Positions 38,908-48,515 are shown, counted from the first letter of the stretch. The stretch is 64,000 nucleotides of DNA from Bacteroidota bacterium (GCA_964204605.1 OZ123195.1:751814-815813), one strand, 5' to 3'. The notes: a model not told the origin generated them from the letters alone. Numbers and translations: made by a program.

Positions 38908-41064
38908 TTATTGTGCTATGATAAATGATACTGTCTTAGATATTAATTCAGAATGTAATCGTACTGTATACAATCCACTTGGAAGATTGTGTAATAAGAA
39001 ATTATGATTACCTTCACTGATGAATCCATTATGTATTGTAGACGCTAGCGTGCCAAGTGAGCTAAATACTTGTATTGATGCATTCATAGATTGTGGTACT
39101 GTAATACTTAATGTACCGCTTTGATTAGCTGGATTTGGATACACCGACACATCATATTGTTCATGTGAATCATTAAGAACAGAAGTTGCACCTAAAACAA
39201 TATCATTATTATCTCTTGGAACTAATTTATAATTACCAAAACTAAAAAACATAATACCTGTTAAAGATTCTAGTGAAGCACCTTTTTGAAGAACTACTTT
39301 GTTCATCTTAGGTGACACTGCATATGATGTTGATCCATCATTTGTTTCTACTCTCATTTTTGTCATAGATTCATTTGGAGTACCAAAAGCAGAAGCATTT
39401 ACTACATTTAATTCACCAAAATCTGAAGCACCATCAGCATTTGTATCAGCAACTTTTACATTCTTAAATGTAACAAGCATACTTTCCCATTGTTCTGCTG
39501 AGGTTTCACCTTGTCTTTTTCTAGCGAACATATCGGTAGTTACTACAACAGGACTATAATTTTCACCATTTGTTGATACTAAGCTTGCATCTTGATTTTT
39601 AACAGAATCCAAGGAAGTAACACCGAAATTTTCTCTAATAATACCAGTTACTTCTACTTTTGATCTTCTTGGGAATGCTCTTACAACACTTGTTGGAGAT
39701 GTTGTTCTGACATAAATTCCTGAATAAGGCTTTATATCATCTTGAATATATACTCTTGGAGCATTGGCTAATTCATTTGGAATATCTGATGCAGAAGCAA
39801 CAACAGTTCCAGATATTTTGACAGTATATGATTCATATTGTGATGCGCCATTTGGTATAAACTGCTCTCTAATATCAGATATTTTAGGAGTACGATCTAA
39901 AACTCTATAGTAAATATAGGCAGTATCACCAATTGGTGATTTAACAGTAATATTTGCTGAATCGGTTGCAATGACTTTCCAACGTACTAATGATTCAGAT
40001 GATGTAGCAGGAATAGTTGCTGTCCATAAAGTATCATTAACTTTAGTTGCCATAGCATTTTGTGCTGTGCCACCATTAAAAGTATATACTACATTTACGG
40101 CACTCATAGGTTTTGCTCCTTGACGTAATCCAATAGCAATAGGCACAGTTTCTGAAGAAGATGGGAATGCTTTTACTCTGGTAGATCTGCAACTAGTTAA
40201 TACAGGTGGTGCTGCACTCATATCTAATGTTAGATCCTCTGGAATACCAGGAGAAATCATAAATGGTATTGGTTGTCCACCAGCAGAATTTGTAGAGATA
40301 TATCCTTTTAATGATAATATCTTAGCACCATCTGTAGGTGCTACAAATGAAGCTAATTGAACAGCATCTGTTCTAAAATAATTAGACTGATCTCTGAGAT
40401 ACATTTCATTGCCTTGATCATCTGATACAATGATAGTAGTTCTTTGACTGGTACTTTTTACTGCACTTACAACAGTAAGATTAGTAAACTCTACTTTCAT
40501 TCCTATATATTTTGAACCAGTTGCTAGATTATAACTAGGGCCGGTTATTTTACCGGTTTGAAAATCTGCAATATTCACTTTTGGTATAGTTGGAAGAGCA
40601 ATACCATCATCAATAAAATCTACAATGCCCTTAGAAATAACTTCACCTTGTGAAGTACCTAATTTATTATTAGAAGGGAAAGCAGTAATGCGAATAGGAA
40701 CTTCAATGAGTTGTCCAACTTTTAAACGAATAAAATTTGATGCTGCATTACTAGTATCACATATTACAGGCATTCCTGCATATTCAGTAGCTTTTTCATC
40801 TGCTAAATAGATGGCATAATTTCGATTTCCAGCTATCATAATTTTGCGATTATCATCTGGAAATTTAACTACAGGGGGAATCGTCACTATACCTCTTACA
40901 ATCACTGTATCGCCAAGTAATGGAGAATTTATAGAACCTGCTGCTAAAGAATCTGAAGTGATTTTCATAATATCACTAACAGACTTTTTTGCATACGATT
41001 GAGCATTAACTGTAGCAGTTAATGTACATATGCTGAGAATAATTGTAAAAATAAGTTTCATCAA
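38908..41064 (-). CDS. Secreted protein of unknown function with a T9SS (Por) C-terminal sorting domain
   Basis: Signal peptide. The C-terminal ~80 aa (YPNPANQSGTLSITV...GLYTVRLHSELISKTVSFIIAQ) matches the T9SS CTD pattern. Confidence 0.6.
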   Translation of the reverse strand: MMKLIFTIILSICTLTATVNAQSYAKKSVSDIMKITSDSLAAGSINSPLLGDTVIVRGIVTIPPVVKFPDDNRKIMIAGNRNYAIYLADEKATEYAGMPVICDTSNAASNFIRLKVGQLIEVPIRITAFPSNNKLGTSQGEVISKGIVDFIDDGIALPTIPKVNIADFQTGKITGPSYNLATGSKYIGMKVEFTNLTVVSAVKSTSQRTTIIVSDDQGNEMYLRDQSNYFRTDAVQLASFVAPTDGAKILSLKGYISTNSAGGQPIPFMISPGIPEDLTLDMSAAPPVLTSCRSTRVKAFPSSSETVPIAIGLRQGAKPMSAVNVVYTFNGGTAQNAMATKVNDTLWTATIPATSSESLVRWKVIATDSANITVKSPIGDTAYIYYRVLDRTPKISDIREQFIPNGASQYESYTVKISGTVVASASDIPNELANAPRVYIQDDIKPYSGIYVRTTSPTSVVRAFPRRSKVEVTGIIRENFGVTSLDSVKNQDASLVSTNGENYSPVVVTTDMFARKRQGETSAEQWESMLVTFKNVKVADTNADGASDFGELNVVNASAFGTPNESMTKMRVETNDGSTSYAVSPKMNKVVLQKGASLESLTGIMFFSFGNYKLVPRDNNDIVLGATSVLNDSHEQYDVSVYPNPANQSGTLSITVPQSMNASIQVFSSLGTLASTIHNGFISEGNHNFLLHNLPSGLYTVRLHSELISKTVSFIIAQ

Positions 41065-41090
41065 TACTCCAAAAAAAAAGAATAATATAA

Positions 41091-43178
41091 TTATTTGATT
41101 ATCATGAATTTACCAGTTTTAACTCTTCCCGATTCTTTGTTTTCAACTTTAACAATATACATTCCCGAGGCTAAAGCCTGATCACTATCTGTGATAATAT
41201 CCCAAGCATGAATACCACCACTAAAAATAGGGGCAGTAGTTTGTGTTGTTCCTGTTTGAGAAAACCATTGGATATCTTGTCCTTCATTATTTCCAGCATC
41301 ATGTGGCATCCAGGCAATCTTATCGCCATTTACTGTATATATAGATATTTCTGCATGTTCAGGTAAATTATAGAAATAGATTTTTCTACCTCTTTCAGTA
41401 TTAGATTTTGCATCCCAAGCAGCAGAAATATAATATGGATTGGGAAATATTCCTATCTGTTGTGCTGTGTCAAATGCACCTATTTGAGTACCAGGAATAA
41501 TTCTAAGTTCATTTTGTAATAAGCTGGATTCTAAAGAAGGCAATCCTGATTGAATATCTCCATCGCTAAAAGCTGTAAGTGCAATTGAATATTGCCAACC
41601 ATTTAATAAAGAAGTAAAATCATATCTATATTTATATGCTGTTGTATCACCAAGAAACAGGGTATCCGAAGGATTACCTGAAGCGTCTTTTATTCTAATA
41701 TCATCAAATCCATTGTCAAAAAAGATTGCATTACTTGGTTTATCATAACTATTTCTTAACGTTAAATCAGTTGAATTAGAGTTTATCTCAGATGGATTTG
41801 AACAGTATATTCTATAACCTTCGAAATTCTTTCTATTAGTTAAAATATCCTTTGCATTCTCGGCATTATTAGCCCAATACAATGATGCTTTTTTATCTTT
41901 AACAATAATTTTTTGTTTGGGAGCAGGTGGGGGAGAAGGTAAAATATATCGGACAATTTTTCCATTTCCAATTAAATCAATCTCATTTGTATCAAGTACA
42001 TTATTGCCATTAATATCAGTCCCATTATAAGCTCTTTGAGCCCAATCAGCATTATTTACCAATATTTTTCTGGTTTCTTCATCGTCCCTTTCTGGTGCAC
42101 CTTTTTTCTTTGCACAAATAATAGCAAAAGCAATATTAATGGAATCTCCAGGCATAATTTTAGAAAAAGGCCCTGTTGAGATTAATTGTGATCTATTTCC
42201 AGCTTTATTGATAACTTTGAAGGCTTCTGCAAAACTTACCTGATTCAAAAATATAGAAGAGAGCCTACGATATTTTTCTTCATCATTTTGTGGAGATTGT
42301 AACCATTCATCTCCTTTTGAATCTTGAAATGCCCATGTATTGTAAAAAGTATTGGTTTGAACTGGATCTGTACCAAGAACTTTCACAGCGGCATAATTAT
42401 CAGCAAATCCATTATCACCTGCAATATCCCACTCATACATTAAACGTAAAGAATCAATTAATGAATTACCACCAGCCTTATAAAAGTCAGAACCTCGTGG
42501 CGCTCTTAAATTTGTATTTCTTACAACAAGATCTGTCCAAAAACCTATGTACACACTATCTATCGGGGTATTCGTTATATTCTTTATCGAGTATGTAAGT
42601 AAAACAAAATAGTCTGCAAATGGATAATTCCATGTATACGAAGAAAATTTTACTTGAACTCCTAGAGGATAGATATGATCAGGTATTTTCTGATTTAACT
42701 CAGGAACTATAAGATTTGTATCTGTAAATGTGCATGTATAATCTCTGTGGCTTATTGCTGATGGAGTATAATATAAATCATTTGGTAGGGAAGACATCTG
42801 CAATAAATATGAACTATCAGTATTAGTAAATTCGAAACCTTGTGATAAGTTAATAACAGAATTTACATCCACTGCAGCTGTAGTTACAGCCTTTACTTTA
42901 TTGCCTGAAAAATCTTTGATACCACCAATCCATAATCCACCAATAAATAAGTTTTCTATACCACTACCTCTGGGATATTCACATGAGTTTATCTTAGGCC
43001 ATCCAGCAAATCCACTACCTATAGTACCAAAACTACTAACTGATAATCGTATATTTCCAATATCTGTAGTTCTTCTTTGTTCACCTTTATTTTGTGAAAA
43101 AAGAACAGAGGACATACATATAAAAGTAAGTATTGAAAAAACAATCTGGGACATCATAAATGGATGTTTATTATACAA
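41091..43178 (-). CDS. Secreted protein of unknown function with a T9SS C-terminal sorting domain. The TTG start is at 43178; ATG 43157 (MMSQIV... signal peptide) is likely the real start.
   Basis: Signal peptide. CTD (FPNPYY...GMYIVKVENKESGRVKTGKFMIIK) typical of T9SS cargo. A calcium-binding-like DINGNNVLD motif. Confidence 0.6.
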   Translation of the reverse strand: MYNKHPFMMSQIVFSILTFICMSSVLFSQNKGEQRRTTDIGNIRLSVSSFGTIGSGFAGWPKINSCEYPRGSGIENLFIGGLWIGGIKDFSGNKVKAVTTAAVDVNSVINLSQGFEFTNTDSSYLLQMSSLPNDLYYTPSAISHRDYTCTFTDTNLIVPELNQKIPDHIYPLGVQVKFSSYTWNYPFADYFVLLTYSIKNITNTPIDSVYIGFWTDLVVRNTNLRAPRGSDFYKAGGNSLIDSLRLMYEWDIAGDNGFADNYAAVKVLGTDPVQTNTFYNTWAFQDSKGDEWLQSPQNDEEKYRRLSSIFLNQVSFAEAFKVINKAGNRSQLISTGPFSKIMPGDSINIAFAIICAKKKGAPERDDEETRKILVNNADWAQRAYNGTDINGNNVLDTNEIDLIGNGKIVRYILPSPPPAPKQKIIVKDKKASLYWANNAENAKDILTNRKNFEGYRIYCSNPSEINSNSTDLTLRNSYDKPSNAIFFDNGFDDIRIKDASGNPSDTLFLGDTTAYKYRYDFTSLLNGWQYSIALTAFSDGDIQSGLPSLESSLLQNELRIIPGTQIGAFDTAQQIGIFPNPYYISAAWDAKSNTERGRKIYFYNLPEHAEISIYTVNGDKIAWMPHDAGNNEGQDIQWFSQTGTTQTTAPIFSGGIHAWDIITDSDQALASGMYIVKVENKESGRVKTGKFMIIK

Positions 43179-43189
43179 TGAAGATTATG

Positions 43190-43197
43190 CAAAAGTA
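43190..43197 (-). promoter_or_regulatory. Candidate -7 promoter element for the minus-strand T9SS-cargo operon (plus-strand CAAAAGTA, the reverse complement of TACTTTTG)
   Basis: Exact TAnnTTTG match on the minus strand, 33–40 nt upstream of the probable ATG at 43157. Confidence 0.25.
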
Positions 43198-43278
43198 AGG
43201 AATACAATTGTTGTAATTCGTATTAATATTAATTGCTAATAATAATCATATATAATTAAGATATCTAATAAACTTGTT

Positions 43279-43310
43279 TTTGGTGAAACAGCCGAAGTTC
43301 CTTAATTTTG
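43279..43310 (+). promoter_or_regulatory. Bacteroidota-type sigma-A promoter for nuoD: TTTG (-33) at 43279–43282 and TAATTTTG (-7) at 43303–43310, with a 20-bp spacer
   Basis: Both elements match the TTTG-N19-21-TAnnTTTG consensus. They are located 39 nt upstream of the nuoD ATG. Confidence 0.4.
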
Positions 43311-43348
43311 CCTACATTATTTAGAACATCTCCTTATATATTATACAT

Positions 43349-44626
43349 ATGATACCAATAACTCCTACAGCAGCCTTAGAACGTGTTCATACGGTTCGCC
43401 AGAATAAAATAACAAAACAATTACTGGATAAAGATACTACCGTAATATTTGAGGATCCCTTAGATAATGAAATGATACTTAATATGGGGCCACAACATCC
43501 GGCTACCCATGGTGTATTAAGAGTTTTATTACGATTGGATGGTGAAACAATAGTCAAGTGTGTTCCAGAGCTAGGTTATTTACATAGAGGTTATGAAAAA
43601 CTAGCAGAAGCAATGACATATCATGAATTTATCCCTCATACAGATAGATTAGATTATATGTCGCCGATGTCCAATAATATGGCCATAGCACATGCTATAG
43701 AAACAGCAATTGGCTTAGAGATTCCTGATAGAGCAAAATGGATTAGGGTTTTGATGTGTGAATTAGCAAGAATAAGTTCACATCTTATGGCAATGGGTGC
43801 TACATGTATGGATGTGGGTGCATTAACATTGTTTTTGTGGACATTTACCGAAAGAGAAAAACTATATGATATCTTTGAACTTATAAGTGGAGCTCGTTTC
43901 ACAACAAGTTTTTCTAGAATTGGTGGCATTGCTAATGATATCAGTCCAGATACATTAAAAATGATTCGTGAATGGACAAATGCCTTTCCTGCTGTATTAA
44001 AGAAATTTGAATCACTAGTAAATAGAAATAGAATTTTTATCGAGCGTTTGGCTGGTGTTGGATATATGCCAGCTGATAAAGCTATACAATTGGGTTTAAC
44101 TGGCCCTTGTTTACGGGGTTCTGGTGTTAATAGCGATTTAAGAAGAGATGAACCTTATTTTGTATATGATCAATTAGATTTTGATGTAATTACTCATGCA
44201 GATTGTGATACCTGGGCACGATATATAGTTCGTGTAAATGAGATGAAAGAATCAATTAAGATTATACATCAAGTTTTGGATAATATGCCGAAAGGTCCTA
44301 TTCAGGCGGATGATCCCAAACATGTATTGCCAAATAAAGCAAGAATTTATACTAAAATGGAAGAGTTAATCAATGATTTTATGTTGATTAATTTTGGTGC
44401 TATGCCACCTAAGGGTGAAACATATACTGCCATAGAAAGTCCAAAAGGTGAACTAGGATTCTTTATCGTTTCTGATGGAACAGGTCATCCATGGAAATTA
44501 AAAATACGTTCACCATCGTCATCTAATCTTCAAGGACTCAAATTTATGTCTGAAGGTTCTATGGTATCAGATATCGTGGCAATTATTGGTTCTGTAGATC
44601 CAGTTATGGGTGAAGCAGATAAATAA
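43349..44626 (+). CDS. nuoD: NADH-quinone oxidoreductase subunit D (49-kDa subunit), encoded as a stand-alone gene
   Basis: N-terminal GPQHPATHGVLRVLLRLDGE, and C-terminal RSPSSSNLQGL...IIGSVDPVMGEADK. No hydrogenase Cys motifs are present. Confidence 0.9.
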   Translation: MIPITPTAALERVHTVRQNKITKQLLDKDTTVIFEDPLDNEMILNMGPQHPATHGVLRVLLRLDGETIVKCVPELGYLHRGYEKLAEAMTYHEFIPHTDRLDYMSPMSNNMAIAHAIETAIGLEIPDRAKWIRVLMCELARISSHLMAMGATCMDVGALTLFLWTFTEREKLYDIFELISGARFTTSFSRIGGIANDISPDTLKMIREWTNAFPAVLKKFESLVNRNRIFIERLAGVGYMPADKAIQLGLTGPCLRGSGVNSDLRRDEPYFVYDQLDFDVITHADCDTWARYIVRVNEMKESIKIIHQVLDNMPKGPIQADDPKHVLPNKARIYTKMEELINDFMLINFGAMPPKGETYTAIESPKGELGFFIVSDGTGHPWKLKIRSPSSSNLQGLKFMSEGSMVSDIVAIIGSVDPVMGEADK

Positions 44627-44647
44627 TCTGTAATGCTTTTTTACAAG

Positions 44648-44673
44648 GGCAGACAGTGATGTCTGCCTTTTTT
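44648..44673 (+). terminator. Rho-independent terminator downstream of nuoD
   Basis: 8-bp stem GGCAGACA/TGTCTGCC with a 4-nt loop, followed by TTTTTT. Confidence 0.65.
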
Positions 44674-44689
44674 GTATATATATATTACT

Positions 44690-45403
44690 ATGAAAATTAC
44701 GTGCATTATACCTGCTGCTGGTAAAGGACTTCGTTTTGGCGAAACTATTCCTAAACAATATCTACGAATAGATAAAGTTATGATCCTTGAACATGCAGTT
44801 CATTCTCTTTTCAAGGGGATTTCTGCATATCCTACTGATGAATATGCATGTATTATTGCTTGTGATACAGATTGGTTTGAAACTGTTCAAGATATTCTGG
44901 ATAGATCTGGATTTGAAGATACACATGCTATAGTTAAAGGTGGCGACGAAAGAAAAGATTCCATTAATGCTGCTTTTCATCATCCTTTGGTGCAAGATTC
45001 AGATGTAATTTTGATTCATGATGCAGCCAGACCATTTGTGCCTATAGATATTATTAAAAATCTCATTGATAAAACACGAATCCATGGCGCTTGTATTCCA
45101 GTATTAGCATGTAAAGACACAATGAAAATTGTTCAAGATAATTTAGTAAGTGAAACGATACCAAGACATATACTTTTTTCTGCACAAACTCCGCAAGTCT
45201 TTTCATATCAGCTCTATAAAAATGCTTTAGATTTACATCATAAAACATCTGTATATACAGATGATGCAAGCCTATTCGAACTCTGTAATTTTCCTATTTC
45301 TACTGTAGATGGCAATGAGATAATGATGAAGATTACTACTAAACAAGATTTTAAGATAGCAGAATATCTCTATAGTTCTATGGATACACATAATGGAGAT
45401 TAA
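44690..45403 (+). CDS. ispD: 2-C-methyl-D-erythritol 4-phosphate cytidylyltransferase (IspD family; TarI/Bcs1-type CDP-alditol synthase not excluded). ATG 44690 is preferred over the TTG at 44672, which lies inside the terminator.
   Basis: IIPAAGKGLRFG, PKQYL, GGDERKDS and HDAARP motifs. Confidence 0.75.
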   Translation: MKITCIIPAAGKGLRFGETIPKQYLRIDKVMILEHAVHSLFKGISAYPTDEYACIIACDTDWFETVQDILDRSGFEDTHAIVKGGDERKDSINAAFHHPLVQDSDVILIHDAARPFVPIDIIKNLIDKTRIHGACIPVLACKDTMKIVQDNLVSETIPRHILFSAQTPQVFSYQLYKNALDLHHKTSVYTDDASLFELCNFPISTVDGNEIMMKITTKQDFKIAEYLYSSMDTHNGD

Positions 45404-46316
45404 GCATAAAATTGCAATCATAGGTGCTACCAGTAAAACAGCAGAAGCAATGATCAGACTATTCATTGCTGAAACAGATTGGGATATTCTGTTATGTACA
45501 GCTTCAACTGAATATAATTTCCCAAAAGAAGTTACTGTACTTACTATTGATTATGAATATCCAAAGCAAATAAGAGAATTATTCTTAGAGCATATGCCCA
45601 CTGTTATTATTAATACAGCTGCAATAACAAATGTAGATGCTTGTGAAATTGACAAAAAGAAATCATGGAATGTAAATGTTACTTGGGCAGAGCAATTATG
45701 CAGAACTGCTGCGATTTTAGATGCTCATTTTATCCATTTTTCTTCAGACTATGTGTTTGATGGTAAATCTGGTCCTTATACTGAATCAGATGTGCCGAAT
45801 CCAATATCTTATTATGGAAAGTCCAAATTAGCAAGTGAAAATGCATGCAAAATATCCTATGCTAAAACAACTATCATTAGAACAAATGTAGTGTATGGAT
45901 ATTCATCACATAATAAGATAGATTTTGTTCAATGGATTATTAATATGTGTGAATTAAATAATTCATTTGGTGTTGTTAATGATCAACTGTCAAATCCTAC
46001 ATTAACAGATGATATAGCTTTAGGAATTAAAAAAATAATCGAAAAGAAAAGAACTGGCTTATATCATTTTGGAGGATTAGACTTTATAAATCGAATAGAT
46101 TTTGCCAAAAAGATTGCTGAAATCTATCATTTAGACGATAGTTTGATTCAGCCAATAACAACGGATTCTCTTAATCAAAAGGCTAAAAGACCATTACAAA
46201 GTGGATTAATATCCTTGAAAGCAAGCACGGATCTTGGAGTAAAGTTTTGCGGTATAGAAAGTGGTCTTATCACGCTTAGACATCAAATGCATGTTTTTTC
46301 TCAATATTCAAAATAA
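45393..46316 (+). CDS. NAD(P)-dependent SDR reductase of the RmlD (dTDP-4-dehydrorhamnose reductase) substrate-binding family
   Basis: 307 aa. RmlD-like layout (IIGATSKTA..., YYGKSKLASE with catalytic YxxxK). The start overlaps the ispD stop by 11 nt. Confidence 0.65.
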   Translation: MEIKHKIAIIGATSKTAEAMIRLFIAETDWDILLCTASTEYNFPKEVTVLTIDYEYPKQIRELFLEHMPTVIINTAAITNVDACEIDKKKSWNVNVTWAEQLCRTAAILDAHFIHFSSDYVFDGKSGPYTESDVPNPISYYGKSKLASENACKISYAKTTIIRTNVVYGYSSHNKIDFVQWIINMCELNNSFGVVNDQLSNPTLTDDIALGIKKIIEKKRTGLYHFGGLDFINRIDFAKKIAEIYHLDDSLIQPITTDSLNQKAKRPLQSGLISLKASTDLGVKFCGIESGLITLRHQMHVFSQYSK

Positions 46317-46320
46317 AGAT

Positions 46321-47178
46321 ATGATAATTGCAGTGTGTGGCGCAGGAACAATGGGCAGAGGAATAGCATTATTAAGTTTACTTTCTGGACATAATGCTAG
46401 GATTTATGATGTTTCTGACATAGCATTACAGAATGCTGAAACATATATTATACATCAATTAGCAAAGTTAACTGAAAAAGGGAAGATTGATCAACAAACA
46501 GCTGATAGATGTGCAAAGAACTTATTATGCACTAATGATATAACTATCTTAGTACAAGATGCTCATTTCATTATAGAGGCTATCATTGAATATCCAGAGC
46601 CAAAAATCGATTTATTTGTTTCTATAGAAAATGCTGGATTATCAGAAACAACAATATTAGCTACAAATACTAGTTCGCTATCTGTTAATGTATTAAGTAA
46701 GAATAGAAAATTTCCACATAGATTTGTTGGGCTTCATTTCTTTAATCCAGCTCAAATAATGAAACTTGTAGAAATAGTTCAAGCTAATTCAACATCTGAA
46801 AAAACAGTAGAAGAATGTGTTGAGCTTTGTACACTTTTAGGAAAATCTCCAGTTATTGCAAAAGATGTTCCAGGATTTATTGTCAATAGAGTTGCTAGAA
46901 ACTATTATAATGAATCAATGCGCATTGCTACCGAACAGATGGCAACACCTAAACAAATTGATTCTATCATGAAATCTGCAGGATTCAGAATGGGGCCATT
47001 CGAATTAATGGACTTAATAGGTAATGATATCAATTTGGATGTTACAAAATCAGTTGCTTCACAGTATTTTAATGAACCTCGTTTTACTCCTTCTTTAATG
47101 CAGCAAACTGTTGTAAATGCAGGTACATACGGTAGAAAAACTGGTAGCGGATTTTATGATTATAATGATACTTTGTAA
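46321..47178 (+). CDS. 3-hydroxyacyl-CoA (3-hydroxybutyryl-CoA) dehydrogenase, paralogue 1. Start at the internal ATG (MIIAVCGAGTMG).
   Basis: Rossmann GxGxxG, NTSS and HFFNP motifs. Confidence 0.8.
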   Translation: MIIAVCGAGTMGRGIALLSLLSGHNARIYDVSDIALQNAETYIIHQLAKLTEKGKIDQQTADRCAKNLLCTNDITILVQDAHFIIEAIIEYPEPKIDLFVSIENAGLSETTILATNTSSLSVNVLSKNRKFPHRFVGLHFFNPAQIMKLVEIVQANSTSEKTVEECVELCTLLGKSPVIAKDVPGFIVNRVARNYYNESMRIATEQMATPKQIDSIMKSAGFRMGPFELMDLIGNDINLDVTKSVASQYFNEPRFTPSLMQQTVVNAGTYGRKTGSGFYDYNDTL

Positions 47179-47204
47179 AATTTATACATATAAAGGAAAA
47201 ATAA

Positions 47205-48053
47205 ATGAATGTAATAGTTATTGGTGCGGGAACCATGGGAAATGGTATCGTACATATTTTTGCTCAAGCAGGACATTCTGTGACAATGGTTGATATAAGC
47301 GAAAATGCTTTGCAAAAAGGTGTTTCAACTATAGATGGTAATTTATCAAGACAAGTCAAAAAAGAGCTTATTTCAGAAGATTCAAAAAATCAGACATTAT
47401 CTCACATCACAGTAAGTACCGATTTATTAACTGCAGTTAAGAATGCAGATTTACTTGTTGAAGCTGCTTCTGAAAATAAATCTATAAAAATTCAATTATT
47501 CCAAGAAGCACAAAAATCAGCACCAGATTCTTGCATTTTTGCTAGTAATACTTCTTCTATTTCGATAACTGAATTAGCAGCTGCCACAAATAGACCAGAT
47601 AAATTCATTGGAATGCACTTCTTTAATCCAGTGCCAATCATGAAATTATGTGAAATTGTTAGAGGCTTTGCAACTTCTGATGATACATACTCTACAATAT
47701 ATACGCTTTCTAAAGAATTAGGAAAAGTGCCAGTAACTGTTCAAGATTATCCTGGATTTATCTCTAATCGTATCCTAATGCCTATGATAAATGAAGCAAT
47801 TTATTGTTTAATGGAAGGTGTAGCTTCTGCTGAAGATATTGATACTGTTATGAAATTGGGTATGGCTCATCCAATGGGGCCTTTAACTTTAGCTGATTTT
47901 ATCGGTTTAGATATTTGCTTGTCAATTATGGAAGTATTATTTAGTGGATATGCCGATAGTAAATATAGGCCATGTCCATTATTGAAAAAAATGGTAGCTG
48001 CAGGACATTTAGGACGTAAATCAGGAAAAGGATTTTTCACGTATTCTGTATAA
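47205..48053 (+). CDS. hbd: 3-hydroxybutyryl-CoA dehydrogenase, paralogue 2
   Basis: [26 protein letters not shown], and the C-terminal dimerisation domain. Confidence 0.85.
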   Translation: MNVIVIGAGTMGNGIVHIFAQAGHSVTMVDISENALQKGVSTIDGNLSRQVKKELISEDSKNQTLSHITVSTDLLTAVKNADLLVEAASENKSIKIQLFQEAQKSAPDSCIFASNTSSISITELAAATNRPDKFIGMHFFNPVPIMKLCEIVRGFATSDDTYSTIYTLSKELGKVPVTVQDYPGFISNRILMPMINEAIYCLMEGVASAEDIDTVMKLGMAHPMGPLTLADFIGLDICLSIMEVLFSGYADSKYRPCPLLKKMVAAGHLGRKSGKGFFTYSV

Positions 48054-48065
48054 AAATAGATTTAT

Positions 48066-48503
48066 ATGAAGTGTATTATACAAAGAGTACAATATGCCTC
48101 TATCGTTGTAGATGAAGTAGAAATAGCTTCAATTAAACATGGTATTCTAGCTTTTGTAGGTTATTCTGTCCAAGATACTCCTAAAGTTAATTCATGGTTA
48201 GCTGAAAAATTAATTGGATACAGAATATTTTCTGATTCCTCAGGAAAGATGAATCTATCTGTTAAAGATATCAATGGTGAGATTCTTATTGTATCGAATT
48301 TTACTCTCTGCGCACAAACATCTAAAGGTCTAAGGCCTGGATTTACTGATGCTAAATTACCTGAGGAAGCATCAGAATTATTTACTGAATTATATCACTT
48401 ATTAACACAATATGATATTCCTGTAAGTACTGGACAATTTGGAGCAGATATGAAAATCTCATTATTGAATGATGGCCCTGTCACTTTTATTTTAGAACAA
48501 TAA
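48066..48503 (+). CDS. dtd: D-aminoacyl-tRNA deacylase
   Basis: 145 aa. Conserved start (IQRV), SNFTL and Gly-cisPro-like motif region (DGPVT). Confidence 0.9.
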   Translation: MKCIIQRVQYASIVVDEVEIASIKHGILAFVGYSVQDTPKVNSWLAEKLIGYRIFSDSSGKMNLSVKDINGEILIVSNFTLCAQTSKGLRPGFTDAKLPEEASELFTELYHLLTQYDIPVSTGQFGADMKISLLNDGPVTFILEQ

Positions 48504-48515
48504 TCCTATTGTAAT

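Noticed and set aside
43179-43348. 170-nt intergenic region considered as a possible small RNA gene.
   Set aside because: There is no stable secondary structure or terminator within it. It is better explained by divergent promoters (TAnnTTTG elements on both strands).
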